In this document: one piece after another, positions 50,498-62,296 of the stretch
Layout of the letters: each line of letters starts with the position of its first letter
How positions within the stretch are numbered: the stretch's first letter is position 1
Notes under the pieces: model-generated
Databases searched by the model: none
Seen by the model: only the letters and a program-made list of their open reading frames with translations
What the model was told of the DNA's origin: nothing
Made by a program: the position numbers and the translations under genes
Assembly (NCBI GenBank): GCA_013239625.1
Contig: MU053933.1
Span: 2,319,026 to 2,383,025 of the forward strand
DNA from: Lama guanicoe
Lineage: Eukaryota
Reading direction: 5' to 3'
DNA length: 64,000 bases

Positions 50498-50653
50498 NNN
50501 NNNNNNNNNNNNNNNNNNNNNNNNNNNNNNNNNNNNNNNNNNNNNNNNNNNNNNNNNNNNNNNNNNNNNNNNNNNNNNNNNNNNNNNNNNNNNNNNNNNN
50601 NNNNNNNNNNNNNNNNNNNNNNNNNNNNNNNNNNNNNNNNNNNNNNNNNNNNN
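50498..50653. other. Assembly gap (156 N) in SUMO3 intron 1
   Basis: Run of N inside the most GC-rich part of the island. Confidence 0.99.
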
Positions 50654-50695
50654 GGGTCCGAGTCCGGGACCCGGCCCGCGCCCGCCGGCCCTTAC

Positions 50696-50716
50696 CTTGG
50701 GCTTCTCCTCGGACAT
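50696..50716 (-). CDS. SUMO3: SUMO3 coding exon 1 (MSEEKPK)
   Basis: GCAGCCATG start at 50716; donor AAG|GTAAGG; 21 nt; MSEEKPK distinguishes SUMO3 from SUMO2 (MADEKPK). Confidence 0.96.
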
Positions 50717-51799
50717 GGCTGCGCGCGGCGGGCGGCGGGGCAACAGACAGCGCCGGGCGGGCGACTCACGCTCTCGGCCCGCCGCTCTCCCGCCGCAACT
50801 GCTCGCGGGGCCGCGCTTTGCCCCCAAATCCCCTCTCGCCGGTTGGCTGCCGCGGGTCACGTGGCGGGTGCGCGCGCACGAGGCGCGCTCCCGGGGCATC
50901 GGGGCCGCGCCCGGCCGCCCGAGGTTCCTGGTGGTTGAAAATGCGTCACCGGGCGGGGCCCCGCGCGATCCGGCGTCGGGACTTCGGGGGCACTCAGGGC
51001 AGCTGGGGAGGGTGGGGCGCACAGGGTAGCTAGGGTGGGGAAGCACGCTGGGACCCGGGGTTGGGGGGCGCACTGGGACCTCGGGGATGCTCAGAGTCAG
51101 GCCATGAGGCCTGGCAGGTGCTGGGTCAGGGACCAGGCCTGGCGCATTATCTTGGATCCTGAGCATGGCCTGTCCAGCTCCTCAGGGACCTGGTCCCCCC
51201 ACCTTGTCCTTTACTTACCGCAGTTCCAGCAGCCAAGCCGGGGTGCCCTCACTGGTTTCCTCTATGGTGAGTGTGTTTCTTAGAGGGGAACAAGGAAAAT
51301 AAAGCCAACCGGGTGAACTACCTCCAGTGGCCACAGGGGACATGGGTGGGAGAGGGGTGTCTTGGGAGCCGACCCCACTGCTGGGAAAGGCTCTGTTCGC
51401 CTTCACCGAGGAGCCAGGTGTCTGGTCATGAGGACAGGCTGAAGGAAGAAGGCGTCCAAGACTGACCCACCTGGCAGTTCCATTCATAAAGGGCACATGG
51501 CATGTGTTGATTTATCAAGTCCACACAGGCTCCACCCAGAGCTCCCGGCGGACAGGGGCATAAACAGGGCACTTCCAGGGGGGCATCAGGGAAGTGGAAA
51601 GTCTCACTCCATCCACTTCTCCCCACACACTTAGCCTGGCTGCGCGCTCTGTGGCTTGCTCCTCTGCCCTTGTGCAGTGCCCCTTTGGGCCTTCTGGAAG
51701 CGGAAGCTCAGCACCTGGGGGGAGGTAGGGAGGGGGTGCCGGACGCCGTCTTGTGCCCGTTTTGCTGGCCTATCAGGAGTGCACACTCTGCACCTGATG

Positions 51800-51912
51800 C
51801 TAGGGCTCTGCACCTGAACCTCACAACAGCCCACTCTACAGGTGAGGAAGTTGAAGCACCTGAGGTCCCAGCGTGGGTAAGCAGAACAGCTGGGATTTGA
51901 ACACAGGCAAGG
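51800..51912 (-). mobile_element. MIR fragment
   Basis: cccactctacaggtgaggaagttgaagc...gctgggatttgaac. Confidence 0.55.
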
Positions 51913-53275
51913 TGGTCAGACCAGTGTGCTCTACTGTCTCTGGGGCAAACCCAGGGCTAGACCCCTCACCCCAACTCAAGACAGGTGGAAACGGGCACTC
52001 AGGTGGACACAGGAGACGTGCTGGAGAACGGGGGCCAGGGTCAGGTGTCCCCCAGGACTTTGAGGCAGCTGTTCTTCAGAGGCCCTGGCTCTCCCTGTCC
52101 CTGTCTGGAACCGAAACGCCTTCAGATGCAGTGACCAGGGACAGCCAACGTACATTGACCACTCAGGGTGTGCCAGGCATGGTACTGAGCTAGGATCACC
52201 CCACCCAAGGCTCACAACACTCTGGAGCAGGGACCCTCATGATCCTTGTTTTGACAATTAGGGAGTGAAGGTTTGGGGGGTGGGTGTGGACTGCACAGGG
52301 TCATGCAGCTAGAGGTAGCGGGGTCCAGATTTGAACCTAAGTGACTGAATGGCTTCCCTCCTGTCTGAGTAAGACCCAACTGACTAGATCTGCTCATTTC
52401 ATCAAAAGCCCACAGAGCCAAGTTTTCATGGGCCTTAATTTCACAAACCATTTTTGACTCTTAAAACATTCACCTCCTTGGCTAAAGGCACCACTTAGGA
52501 GAAGAGGAGGGGGCTTACTGAAATGGAGCTGGTGTGTCACAGGCTGGCAAAGTCTCCATTGAAAGTTCTGGTCAGAGCCAGCCTCCATCTCAGCCAGGTC
52601 CAAGGGTTTGGTGCCTTTCATGATGGAGTCTGGACTGTCTCCTCTACCAGAGGACTCCTAGGTACCAGGGCCAGCTCGAGCTGTGCCTCCAGGAGAGGGG
52701 AGTCTCCAGGGACTGGCCTCTTCCAGGATAGAGATGGACAATGCTAGGACAATGGGGACCAGAACCACCCCCAAGACTGGCTGTGGTGTGACTTTCGGTA
52801 GGGAGTGTTTGGACCCATCATCCATCCTCCACCATCAACTGTAAAACATAACATTGTTTTATTTAACACAGACACATTAAGCTATGGCAGGTTATGGATG
52901 GAAGACACATTCTTGTTTCAGACCTGTTAACATGTGAAGAGTATGTAACTTAGAATTGATAGAATACAGTAGTTAAATGTGCTAAAATAAGAAATTAAAC
53001 CATGGTTCATTCATATAATGAAAGTCTATGCCACTATTGAAAGAAATGTGTAAATAAAAGAGTAATGATAACAGGAAAAGATGCTCATATGTTGATAAGT
53101 TTTTAAAAAACAAATTATAAAACCACTGTGGTTTTGGATAACCAGAATATCTGTATAAAATATTTTGAAAATCTGTTTGAAAATATCAGATCACTAGCAT
53201 AACAGAGAAGACTTTCTCTGAGGGGTGAAGACCCAAGAAAGATTCTCCCTTTGAGGTTTGTGGTGATTAGTACGA

Positions 53276-53472
53276 TGCGTTAGTCAGCCCAGCTGCTGTA
53301 ACAAAATACCCTAGACTGGGCAGCTTAAACAGACATTTATTCTCCCGCAGTTGTGCAGGCTGGGAGTCCAAGACCAAGGTGTGGACAGGGTGGGTGTCTC
53401 CTGAGGCCTCTCTCCTCGGCTTGTAGGCAGCTGCCTTCTCCCTGTGTCCTCACATGGCCTTTCCTCTGCACA
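53276..53472 (-). mobile_element. MLT1A-type MaLR LTR fragment
   Basis: gctgctgtaacaaaatacc.tagactggg..gcttaaacagacatttattctc, ggctgggagtccaagaccaaggtg, ctgtgtcctcacatggc. Confidence 0.8.
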
Positions 53473-53849
53473 GACAGAAGGAGAAGGAGGAAGAGACAGA
53501 CACAGTGCAGCCCCTAATAAAGACAGTGGACAAGAAGTTGAGACACTAAGCAGTACTTCTGAGTCTCATAGGCTGGGGGAGACAATAACTGGGCAGAGCC
53601 TGCTGCAAGAATAACTGGTAGGAGGCTCTGATAATAACCCAGACCTTCTGCTGGAGCAGCGAGTCCCACAGCAAAGGAGTAAGGCTGAGGTGTAAAGGAT
53701 CAGCCCTCGCAAAGACCGAAACCCAGCATCCAGACGGCTCACTTCCACACTGGACCCAGCTGACCTGCTCTTCTTCCCACTGCCAGCCTGATGCAAGGGA
53801 GCCAGGAAATAAATGATCCAAAACCAAAGGGGGAAATTGTATCAATTAG

Positions 53850-54095
53850 CTATCATATAAATACATATGTATTATTATATAAATATATTACATAAATATA
53901 TACATATTATATAAATATATACAATTATCTATTATATAAATATATAGTATTATATAAATTATATAGATATATACATTTAAATATACATATTATATAAATA
54001 TAATTATGTAATGTGTAATTATATATTACATACATACACAGTATATAAATACATATTATATAGATCTGTAACTATATATACAACTATACATACAC
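53850..54095. repeat. Degenerate (TA)n / AT-rich simple repeat
   Basis: Recurrent TATTATATAAATATA units. Confidence 0.9.
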
Positions 54096-54099
54096 ATGT

Positions 54100-54960
54100 A
54101 ATCCACAAGAGAAAAGGGTATCGGCATTATTGGACAGATTTTAAAGTAACTCTAAAAACTATGTATGTTCAAGGAAACATTATGAGATGGAAATTTTCAT
54201 CAGATAAGCAGAATCTATAAAAAAGAATAGATGGAAATTTGAAAACAAAAATAGAGTTACTAAAATTACGAATTCAGCGGAGGAGTTTAACTACAGACCA
54301 CACATGGTGGAAGAGGTGATTGTGAACTGGCAGGTAGGTCAGAAGAAGATAGAAGCAGAGGGAGAGGACTGTCCCAAGAAAGTGAGAAGTGACTTTCAAA
54401 CCACTGCAAGAAAAGTAAGGCAATAACAAAACTCAACCGACCTAACAAAGTCATAGAGACAGATAAAGGGCAGCAGCAGAAATGCAAGCAGAAGACATTC
54501 GTGCAGCGTGACCTGTGCTCCCCGACACCTTCGTTCTGGTTCTGTTGCGATGCCATTTTACAGACCTGGAAGCTGAGGCACAAGTCTCAGATCCAAGGTC
54601 ACCTGGTTAGTGAAAGCAGCAGAGCAAGGATTCAAGCAAAGGAGATTAAACCAGCTCTAAAACAAGGAAGTAGAATGCAGCATATAAAATAAGAGAGTAA
54701 GAATAAACAAAGGTAACCATATAGATAGCAATGGGTTAAATTATTCTGTTTAAAGGCAGTGGCTCCCTACCTGGGTCAAAAAATGCAACTATGTTTATAA
54801 GAGACACAACTAAACATTAGGGGGAAAGGGGAAAAATAAAAGACAGAAATGCTAATAGCTGGTAACAATGTTCGTATCAGATAGAGTGCGTTCTAAACCA
54901 CAAAGCATGAAATGGGCAGAGAGGTCTGCTACACTAGGAACAGTCCATTCCACCAAGAAG
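54100..54960 (+). mobile_element. Old LINE-1 ORF1/ORF2 fragments with an embedded MIR (about 54550-54650)
   Basis: atctataaaaaagaatagatggaaattt, actatgtttataagagacaca, tatcagatagagt; MIR ccattttacaga..ctgaggcaca..ccaaggtcac. Confidence 0.6.
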
Positions 54961-54990
54961 CAGGTAGGAAAATGCAAGGAGGAGTCTGCC

Positions 54991-55125
54991 TTTTTGTTTT
55001 GCTTTGTTTGGTGGGGGGATTAGGTTGGTTTATTTATTCATTTTAATGGAGGTACTGGGAACTGAACTGAACCGGGACGCCGTGCGCGTGCTGAGCACAT
55101 GTCCGACCACTGCCTACCCTTCCCC
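54991..55125 (-). mobile_element. Vic-1-type SINE (diverged)
   Basis: GGGGAAGGGTAG head, GGTTCAGTTCAGTTCCCAGTACCTCCA, AATAAA..CCTAAT body, A-rich tail. Confidence 0.8.
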
Positions 55126-56272
55126 CTCACTCTTCTTTAGGTGTTTAACTACCAACATCTCTAAAGCCTCATCCCTGCCTCTTCTTTCTTCCCTACATCT
55201 GGGCAGGCAGAGAAGGGAGACTGGGAGACGCCCTCTTTGGTACCCATGGGGAATTGAAACCACACACGCCCCTGCCTGTGAAGGGACCCTCACTGCGGCC
55301 CCAGCCCTGACACAACGGAAACCCCAAGTGTGTCTCCTTTCCTGCCTCTCCAGCCATTCTCAGACCTGCTTAGAGTCCCGTCCTGCTCTCCCCAGGAAGC
55401 CCCACTGTGAGGGGTGGGCTTTTTCACACCCTGTATGTGTGTGTGTCTGTGTGTCTGTGTGTGTCCATCAGTCAACAGCTGAACCAAATTTTGGGTGAGG
55501 ATCCATCTTCTTTCTGAAAGGTTGACCCACGACAAAACTAAGCATAGAGAGAATCTGAATCACATGGTTCATAAGTTCATGATATTTGCATAGGGAGAGA
55601 AAGTAAGGACTTGGAAGCCAACAAAAATTATGTAATATTTGTAATCACCTGTGGAACACTTGCAGTATGACCACATATTAGGTCTTTAGACAACCCCATT
55701 AAATTGTAAGCAAAATCATACAGAGGGCTGGTTCTGCCCAGGACGTTGAAAGCTGGAAGATCAACATCCCAGTATAAAAGCAAGAAAAGCTGGACAATTA
55801 AGAAATCGTAGCTTTTCTTAAACCTATCGGAAAGCTGGGATGGCAGCCTTCTTGTCTATAAGCTTTGGGTCCCTCTCTAACCTACCCCCTATTATCAACC
55901 TTTCCAAGTCCACTGCAGGGCAGTGAGGAAGGTGGCCTTTCTGTGCAGAAACCACTCCACCTGGGCCCTTCCCTAACGAGGCCCCACTGCTGACTGTCCC
56001 CAGGCCCCAGACGAGGCTCAGACATCCACAGTCCACCTGAAAGATGTGGGTCCTCACCAGTTGTACTGCTGGGGTCTGGGGCACGTCCTAGACACAGACC
56101 TCATGCCTGTCACAGCAGGGAGACGAGACAAGGCTCCACAGGGCTCAAGGTGCGGGCGGGAGAGTGGCAGTCCAGGACACAGGCTGAGGGTCACCTCAGA
56201 CGTGGGGCCATGTCACCAGTCTGGGAGACAGAATCTGGGGCTTCATAGGGTCAGACAGCTCGGCATTCTGCA

Positions 56273-56755
56273 CAGCGATGCTTCTCGAAGTCTGATCCTG
56301 GACCAGCAGCAGCCAGGCTTCCTGGGAACGCATTACAGGGGCCCCTGCCCAGGCCTGATGGGTCAGAGGCTCCGGGGTGGGGCCCAGCGTCTGTGTTTCG
56401 TGAGCCTTGCTGGAGATCCAGGTGCTGCTCAGATGGGAGGCTACAGATGAGCTGCCAGGGAATCTGGAGAAATGCAGGTTCTGACTCAGCGGGTCCTGGG
56501 CTGGGACGGAGAATCCGGAGTCCGATCAAGCTCCCAGGTGATGCCAATCCACTAAAATTTGGGCCAGTGAGGAGCGAGCCTCCAGGACAGTGGTTCTCAG
56601 CCTCGGCTGTGCATGGCAATCACTTGGAGAGTTTGGGGGGAAAAATGCTCATGCACACCACACCCTCCCCAGCCCCAGCCCCATGCGCTCACTACCTCTG
56701 GAGGTGGGATCTGGCCCTGGTGGTGCAGGTGCAGCCAAGGGGGAGAATTGCTGCT
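56273..56755. mobile_element. Cluster of about three MER5-type (hAT-Charlie) DNA transposon relics
   Basis: cttctcgaagt.tg.tcctggaccagcagca, ggggtggggcccag..tctgtgttt, aaatgcaggttctgactcag, caagctcccaggtgatgcc, cagtggttctca. Confidence 0.6.
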
Positions 56756-57699
56756 GTGGAGGGAAGGCCTGGGCTCCCAGAAATAGGGTGTTGGGTGGAC
56801 CTACAACATGCAGCCTGCTCGCCTCCCCTCCAGCCCTGCACCGAGTCAGGAAGAAACGCATGGGCGAAGTGCCCTTGGGGGCTGCCCGCTGCACACCAGA
56901 GAGGTTGCTCTGGAACAAGGTCACCTGGTCTCCGTGGTGGATGGAATCCACCTTTCAGTGACATCGGGGAACAGGGGGTCCTGGTAAGGTGGATGCCAGG
57001 TGTCAGTACTTAATGCTAGGGACAGACTGGGAACAAGTAATAGTGTCACCTGGAAGGAGAGGAATCAGTTTCTGAGCCCTGGGAGTTGTGATGGCAGGGC
57101 CCTGGGGATGAATCTGACCCCTGCTAAGCTGGCAGGCAGAATTCCAGGTCTTTGGGACAAAATCCCTCAAGTCACCACAGTGGGGGCTCCTGGCTCCTCC
57201 CCAGTTGCTTCCAGGGCTGGTAAGGGAGGGCCCTGCAATTAGCCAGGCGAGACCATGAAGTGGCTCTCAAGGATTCCCCCAGAGGGACTTGTGGCCATTT
57301 TCAAGGGTCCCTGTGTCCCGGAGCAAAGGAAACCCTCTGGGACCCTCTGAGGTTATTACATTGCTCTGAAGGGGCTGCAGTCAGCAACTGAGGTCCACTG
57401 GCCAAAGTGGGGCTTTGAAGGCCAGGTGAGAATGGGGTCTCACCCTGAGTCCAGCTCATGGTGGGCCCCAGGGGAACCAGAGGTCCAGATTGCGGAGTGG
57501 ACACAGGCACACTTGATGGAGCCTCCTCACTCGTCCGCCCAGCAGGAGGGAAGGAAGGGCTCCCTATAGAAAGGGCACCGCCCACCCTGCTGCCCAGATG
57601 GCAGACTGGAGGGACCACATCCCTGGGAGCGAGCCCTGCAGGTCAAGACCCCACTCAAGGCTCGAAGGCACAGGGTTCCCCTAAACCCACATCAAAGCC

Positions 57700-58025
57700 C
57701 TAATCCCAGCACCTCAGAACGTGCAGTATCTGGAGAAAGAATCTTTAATGAGGTAATTAAGTTAAAGTGAGGTTACTAGGGTGGGTCCAATCTGACCAGG
57801 TCCCTAGAAGAGGTGATCAGGGCACAGACACACCCAAGGGGGACGACCATGTGGGGACATAGGGAGGAGATGGCCGTCTGCATGCCCAGGAGAGGGGCCT
57901 CGGAAGGGACAGCCCAGTGACACCTGGACCTCGGGCTCCCAGCCTCCAGGCTGTGAGAAAATGCATTTGTGTGGTTTCAGCTCCAGCCTGCTGTGTGTGT
58001 TACAGCAGCTGGAGCAAATTGACAC
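57700..58025 (+). mobile_element. MLT1A/B-type MaLR LTR
   Basis: ccctaatcccagcacctcagaacgtg, gaggtaattaagttaaagtgagg, cagcctccaggctgtgagaaaatgcattt. Confidence 0.8.
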
Positions 58026-58939
58026 AGCCTACAGCCCCCTGGACCTCCCCAGGGCAGTCATGGGGCCAACACGCCTGGAGAGCAGCTACATCCGGGTGGC
58101 GGGCCCATCACAGCTCCTGGCACCTGGGCTGCAGCCACGGGCCTGGTACCCACCCAATGCCCTTCTCCCACCTGCCAGCCAAGGTGATCAGAACGCAGGG
58201 CGCCTTTGCTCTGACCTCCGGGTCTCTGTCACCCGCAGCCCTGGGGAGCCTGCCCACGCCACCCCTCGGGCAAGCCAGGCCTGCCTGGTGGACAAGATGC
58301 AGGAGCTTCTCACTCCGGGCGTGTCATGACGGTGCTCCCCGGGGTCTGGCGGTCTGGAACAGGATGGAATGTCCCCCAAGAGAGGACAGTTGCTGCATGT
58401 TGCACTGACCACCATGAAGGGGTGGCCTCCATGACTGGGTTTCGGTCACGTCGCCCACATCTGGGCCGGCCGTGGTCAGGGGCCTGTGACCACCACGGGC
58501 CGTGCGAGGAGGAATGGGGAGTCGGGGCACTGCGCCTGGGGGAGGCCGTGCGGGCGGGAGGGCACTGGCCCGGCTTTGACCCTGGAGCCACCAGCGCTGC
58601 ACTCACAGCCTAGTACTCAGTCCCCTTGTGTCCTTGGAAACAACTTGTGGTCATTTCGGGGTCTGGACCCCAGATTCAGTGTCCCCAGACAAGCAGGCTT
58701 CTTGTGGGCCATCCCCACCTCTTCTGCCCTGGACCAGCGTCCCAGGGGAGACCTCAGACCTTCCTGGGAAATGGGCCAGGTCTCCTGGGCAGGTCATCAA
58801 GCCTCCTGCACTGTGGCTTCTATTCCCAAGACCCCGTATTGGGGGATGAGACCTCCAGCAGGAACCCAGGTGTGAATTGTTCCAACCTCCTCCTCCAGGA
58901 GCCAGCGGTGCCTTCCAGCCTCCGCCAGCAACCTTTTGA

Positions 58940-59355
58940 GGACGGGGTAACCGTTCATCATGCCCAGCTAACTGCTCTCTATACCAGGTTAATTAGTCTC
59001 CATGCCTTGCTGACCCACTCTTTATTCCAGATCACTTTTTATGCCGAGTTAACAATCCTCTATACTGGGTTAACTATTCTTTATGCCTGGTTAACAGTTC
59101 TTTACACCAGGTTAATTATTCTTCATGCCTAGCTTAACTACTCTTTGTGCCTGATTAACTACTCATTATACCAGGTTAATTTTTTTATGCTGAGTTAACA
59201 ATGTTTCATGCCTGGTAACAATCCTCTATAATGGGTCAGCTCTTCTTCATACCAGGTGAACTACTCATCAAACCTGTTAACAGTTGCTTACGCTGGGTTA
59301 ACTACCTTTTACCCTGACCGAGTTACCTCCTCTACGCGGAGCTCACGACTCTTCA
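58940..59355. repeat. Degenerate ~21-bp tandem repeat, about 20 units (consensus ~TATGCCWGGTTAACTATTCTT)
   Basis: Units such as tatactgggttaactattctt / tatgcctggttaacagttctt / tacaccaggttaattattctt directly abut. Confidence 0.85.
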
Positions 59356-60154
59356 CATGGGGTCCCCTCTGCCCCAGTCACTGCTGTGTTCCCCTGCCAG
59401 TAAGCGGCAGGGCCAGCACCTGTCCCCTCCCCACGGCCCCCTGGACGTGACTCTGAGATGGTCTGAGTAGCTGCAGGAGGCCCTCGTGATCTCATGGAAA
59501 CGCTGGAACAGGAAAGTGGTGATGCTGCTACCGGGGATACAGGGTTGGAAACCATGAGGTCTGCACAAAGTGCCTCATTTTTACCCTCAGTCTGAGATCC
59601 TCATCGACTTGATCTGGCCAAGTGTGGACAGAAGAGGGGATTATGAAGTAGAACAAGAGGGACAAACAGGAGCCAACGAGGGATGTGAGATTCAGCCCCT
59701 TGAGGGGGAGCGGAGCCGGAGACACCGAGAGCTTGGAGGTAATGGGCCGAGGTCACGGGGGCAGCCAGGGCCAGGGCGGCTGGACGGACAGGCCTGGAAA
59801 ACCACGTCCTCTTGGAAAACGCCAGGAAGCGTGCCAACTCCGGCCACACCAGCACCCGGCCGGGCTTCAGGCCACTGCAAGCCCCAGCACCGCTCCCGCT
59901 CTCAAAGAAAACTCAGCTTATGTTGTTGACGAAGTGCCACTGCCCGCGAGCTTAGAGAACTAAATCTGTGGAAGAAATTGCTCAAGAATGCTCTACTGAC
60001 TGTACTTAGTGATTTATCCCCAGTCAGGAACTGCTCTTAGCGTTCAGAACTTAAACAACGAGATGTCTGCTCCGAGGCTGCAGGTTGATACACTCTTTAG
60101 CTCCGGGGAGAAAAATCCACCCACCAAGCGGCTCTGGCGGAGCCAGCACTGCCC

Positions 60155-60403
60155 CCTCCTCTCCGTGGGCGGGGCCTCCTCCCGTGGGCGGAGCTTTCCC
60201 CCTACGCGGGAGGGGTCTGCGCTGGGGCTTCCTAAACTTGCCACCTCCTCTCCGTGGGCGGGGCTTTCCCTCTGCGCGGGAGGGGTCTACGCTGGGGCTT
60301 CCCAAACCTGCCACCTCCTCTCCGTGGGCGGGGCCTCCTCCCCGTGGGCGGGGCTTTCCCTCTGCGCGGGAGGGGGTCTGCGCTGGGGCTTCCTAAACCG
60401 GCC
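60155..60403. repeat. GC-rich minisatellite, 3 units (89, 70, ~90 bp) with a nested ~20-bp subunit
   Basis: Units start at 60155, 60244 and 60314 with cctcctctccgtgggcgggg. Confidence 0.92.
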
Positions 60404-62296
60404 TTAACGAGGCTGTGGCAATGCTGTGAGTGGAAATGTCTCAAGTGAGCGCAGCTCCCCAACCCTCGATGTGCCCAGTGCGGCCCCAGCGAGGGAGGCC
60501 AGTGCCGTGACCGGCTCCCGGCACCCCTTCCCCACTGTCCCGGCTGCTGATGGGAGCCAGGGGGCGCGCAGCCCCAGGGCCACGGGGAGGAGGGCTGTGC
60601 GGCAGGGAAGCATCTCTGGGCTCCGAGCCGCTGGACACACTGACATCCTTCTGACTTAGCAGCCAAGGGAAACAGGAGTCCGTGCAGCTTCCATCCTTCA
60701 ATGTGTGCAGATCCTGGGGGGCTGTGTCCCCAGCAGAATGCATGGGACCGGGGGTGAGGGGTGGCAGAGGACGACTCCTCACCCTCTCCCAGGGACCCAA
60801 CCGGGAGCCTGTGCACCCTGACCCCGTCAGGATTGGCTGGACACCTTTGTACCAGGGGACACAGTAAGATCTCCACCCACCCAAGATGCCACTGTCACCA
60901 GTCCCTCGGCTCACTGAAGTGGGCACGTGGCTGGACAAAGTACTACAGTGGCAGCCGTGACCGTGAGGCATGCAGATTCCCACTGAGCATCTGGAACTCC
61001 GGGGACTCACAGGGCACCTGCCAGGCCCCCTGGGGAGTGAGCACGGAAAACGGCCACCCGATCAGCCATCACCAGGCCAGGATGCAATCAGCAGGGCCTG
61101 TGACCCACACCGCACAGCACGGCGGAGAGTAGGACCAGCAGGGGACCTAGAACAGGACGAGGATGGGGGGCTTGGGACCCCCACACGGGCGACCAGGCCG
61201 TCCCACCCGCCTCCTAGCCTCGTTCCTCAGGAACTGCGGCAGCAGGCTGGAGTCGCCTTCCCCGAGAGCCCGCCCTCCTGCCATCTCTGCACCCGGGCCC
61301 GCACCCAGGCTGCCATCCTCCTGGACCACACACGGATCTGCTGCTCCGGCTGGGACGGTCCTTGAGAACTGTCTCCTCAGAGTAACTTGCTAAGTCAAGA
61401 TGTTGGCAAAATCACAGGGGACCCCGTCCCTCTGCCCTGTCTCGAGAAGCATCATAGACCCCCTCCAGGCAGATGCCCCTCTCAGGGGGGAATCTGGCAG
61501 AGGCTGCATATACGTAAAGCAGACATCACGGATGCTCTGACCCAGAATTCTACGTAGCACTAACAGAGCGGACCAGGAGGCTGAGACACAGATGAGCCCA
61601 AGGATGCCGAGAACCAGGTCACGGGAACGTGGCCACTGTGTACCCATCAGGTCGAGTGCAGGGCTTTTTAACCCTGCACAAAGTGACTTGTCCTAAGGAG
61701 CAGACGCTGCAACAAGTACTTTGTTCAGCATCCCTTCCTTTCAGAGCAGAGACCTCACCATAATCAGACTGCAAACTTCTTAACTGAATCCAGGGCACTT
61801 TAAGTTTCCAACGAGGCCATGCCAGGCACAAGGCCACCTCTGCCTGGGTCCGGAGGTCGAGACACAACCTCACTCTGCCTCTGCCCCATCCACGCTAGAT
61901 GTAGCCTGTATCACTCAACACTCTAGAACGAAAAGCCTGGGGCTGACCTGCCCATGAACTTGACCTTCCGCTGCGTCATGCCGCACTTCCCACGGGGACC
62001 ACGGATGGACAGGCTGACCTGCAGGACAGTGGAGTCCAGAGTCCTGGTGACTGAGGCACTAGAAAAACGACTCAGCAGCACCTCAGAAGAGGGGAGATCG
62101 CTCCTCAGGACCAGGTACTGAGACCCTGGGGTGGGGGCGCCAGGCCAGGGACAGTTCAGCACACGGCGCAGCCGGGGTACAAAGTGGGATGTGCTCACAT
62201 GGCCCACGGTGCCCATCTTCACCTCGACAGCCTCACCGTCCTCGTCCCCCCAGGAATCATGCTCACACCAGCCAGAAATGAAACACAGGGAACACA

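Larger units (their letters stand above)
49900..51000. promoter_or_regulatory. CpG-island promoter / first-intron island of SUMO3
   Basis: Dense CpG around exon 1; GTCACGTG E-box (50856-50863), NRF1-like GCGCGCGCAC, dense GC-box array 50343-50486. Confidence 0.85.

Noticed and set aside
12123..50716. In-frame SUMO3-UBE2G2 fusion protein
   Set aside because: SUMO3 donors are all phase 0 while UBE2G2 acceptors are phase 1 or 2
41870..50716. SUMO2/SUMO4 or a processed pseudogene
   Set aside because: Intron-containing with a CpG promoter, MSEEKPK N-terminus, long propeptide and position next to UBE2G2 all indicate SUMO3
58940..59355. CRISPR-like array (regular spacing, palindromic core)
   Set aside because: Units abut with no unique spacers, there are no cas genes, and the context is mammalian; it is a minisatellite
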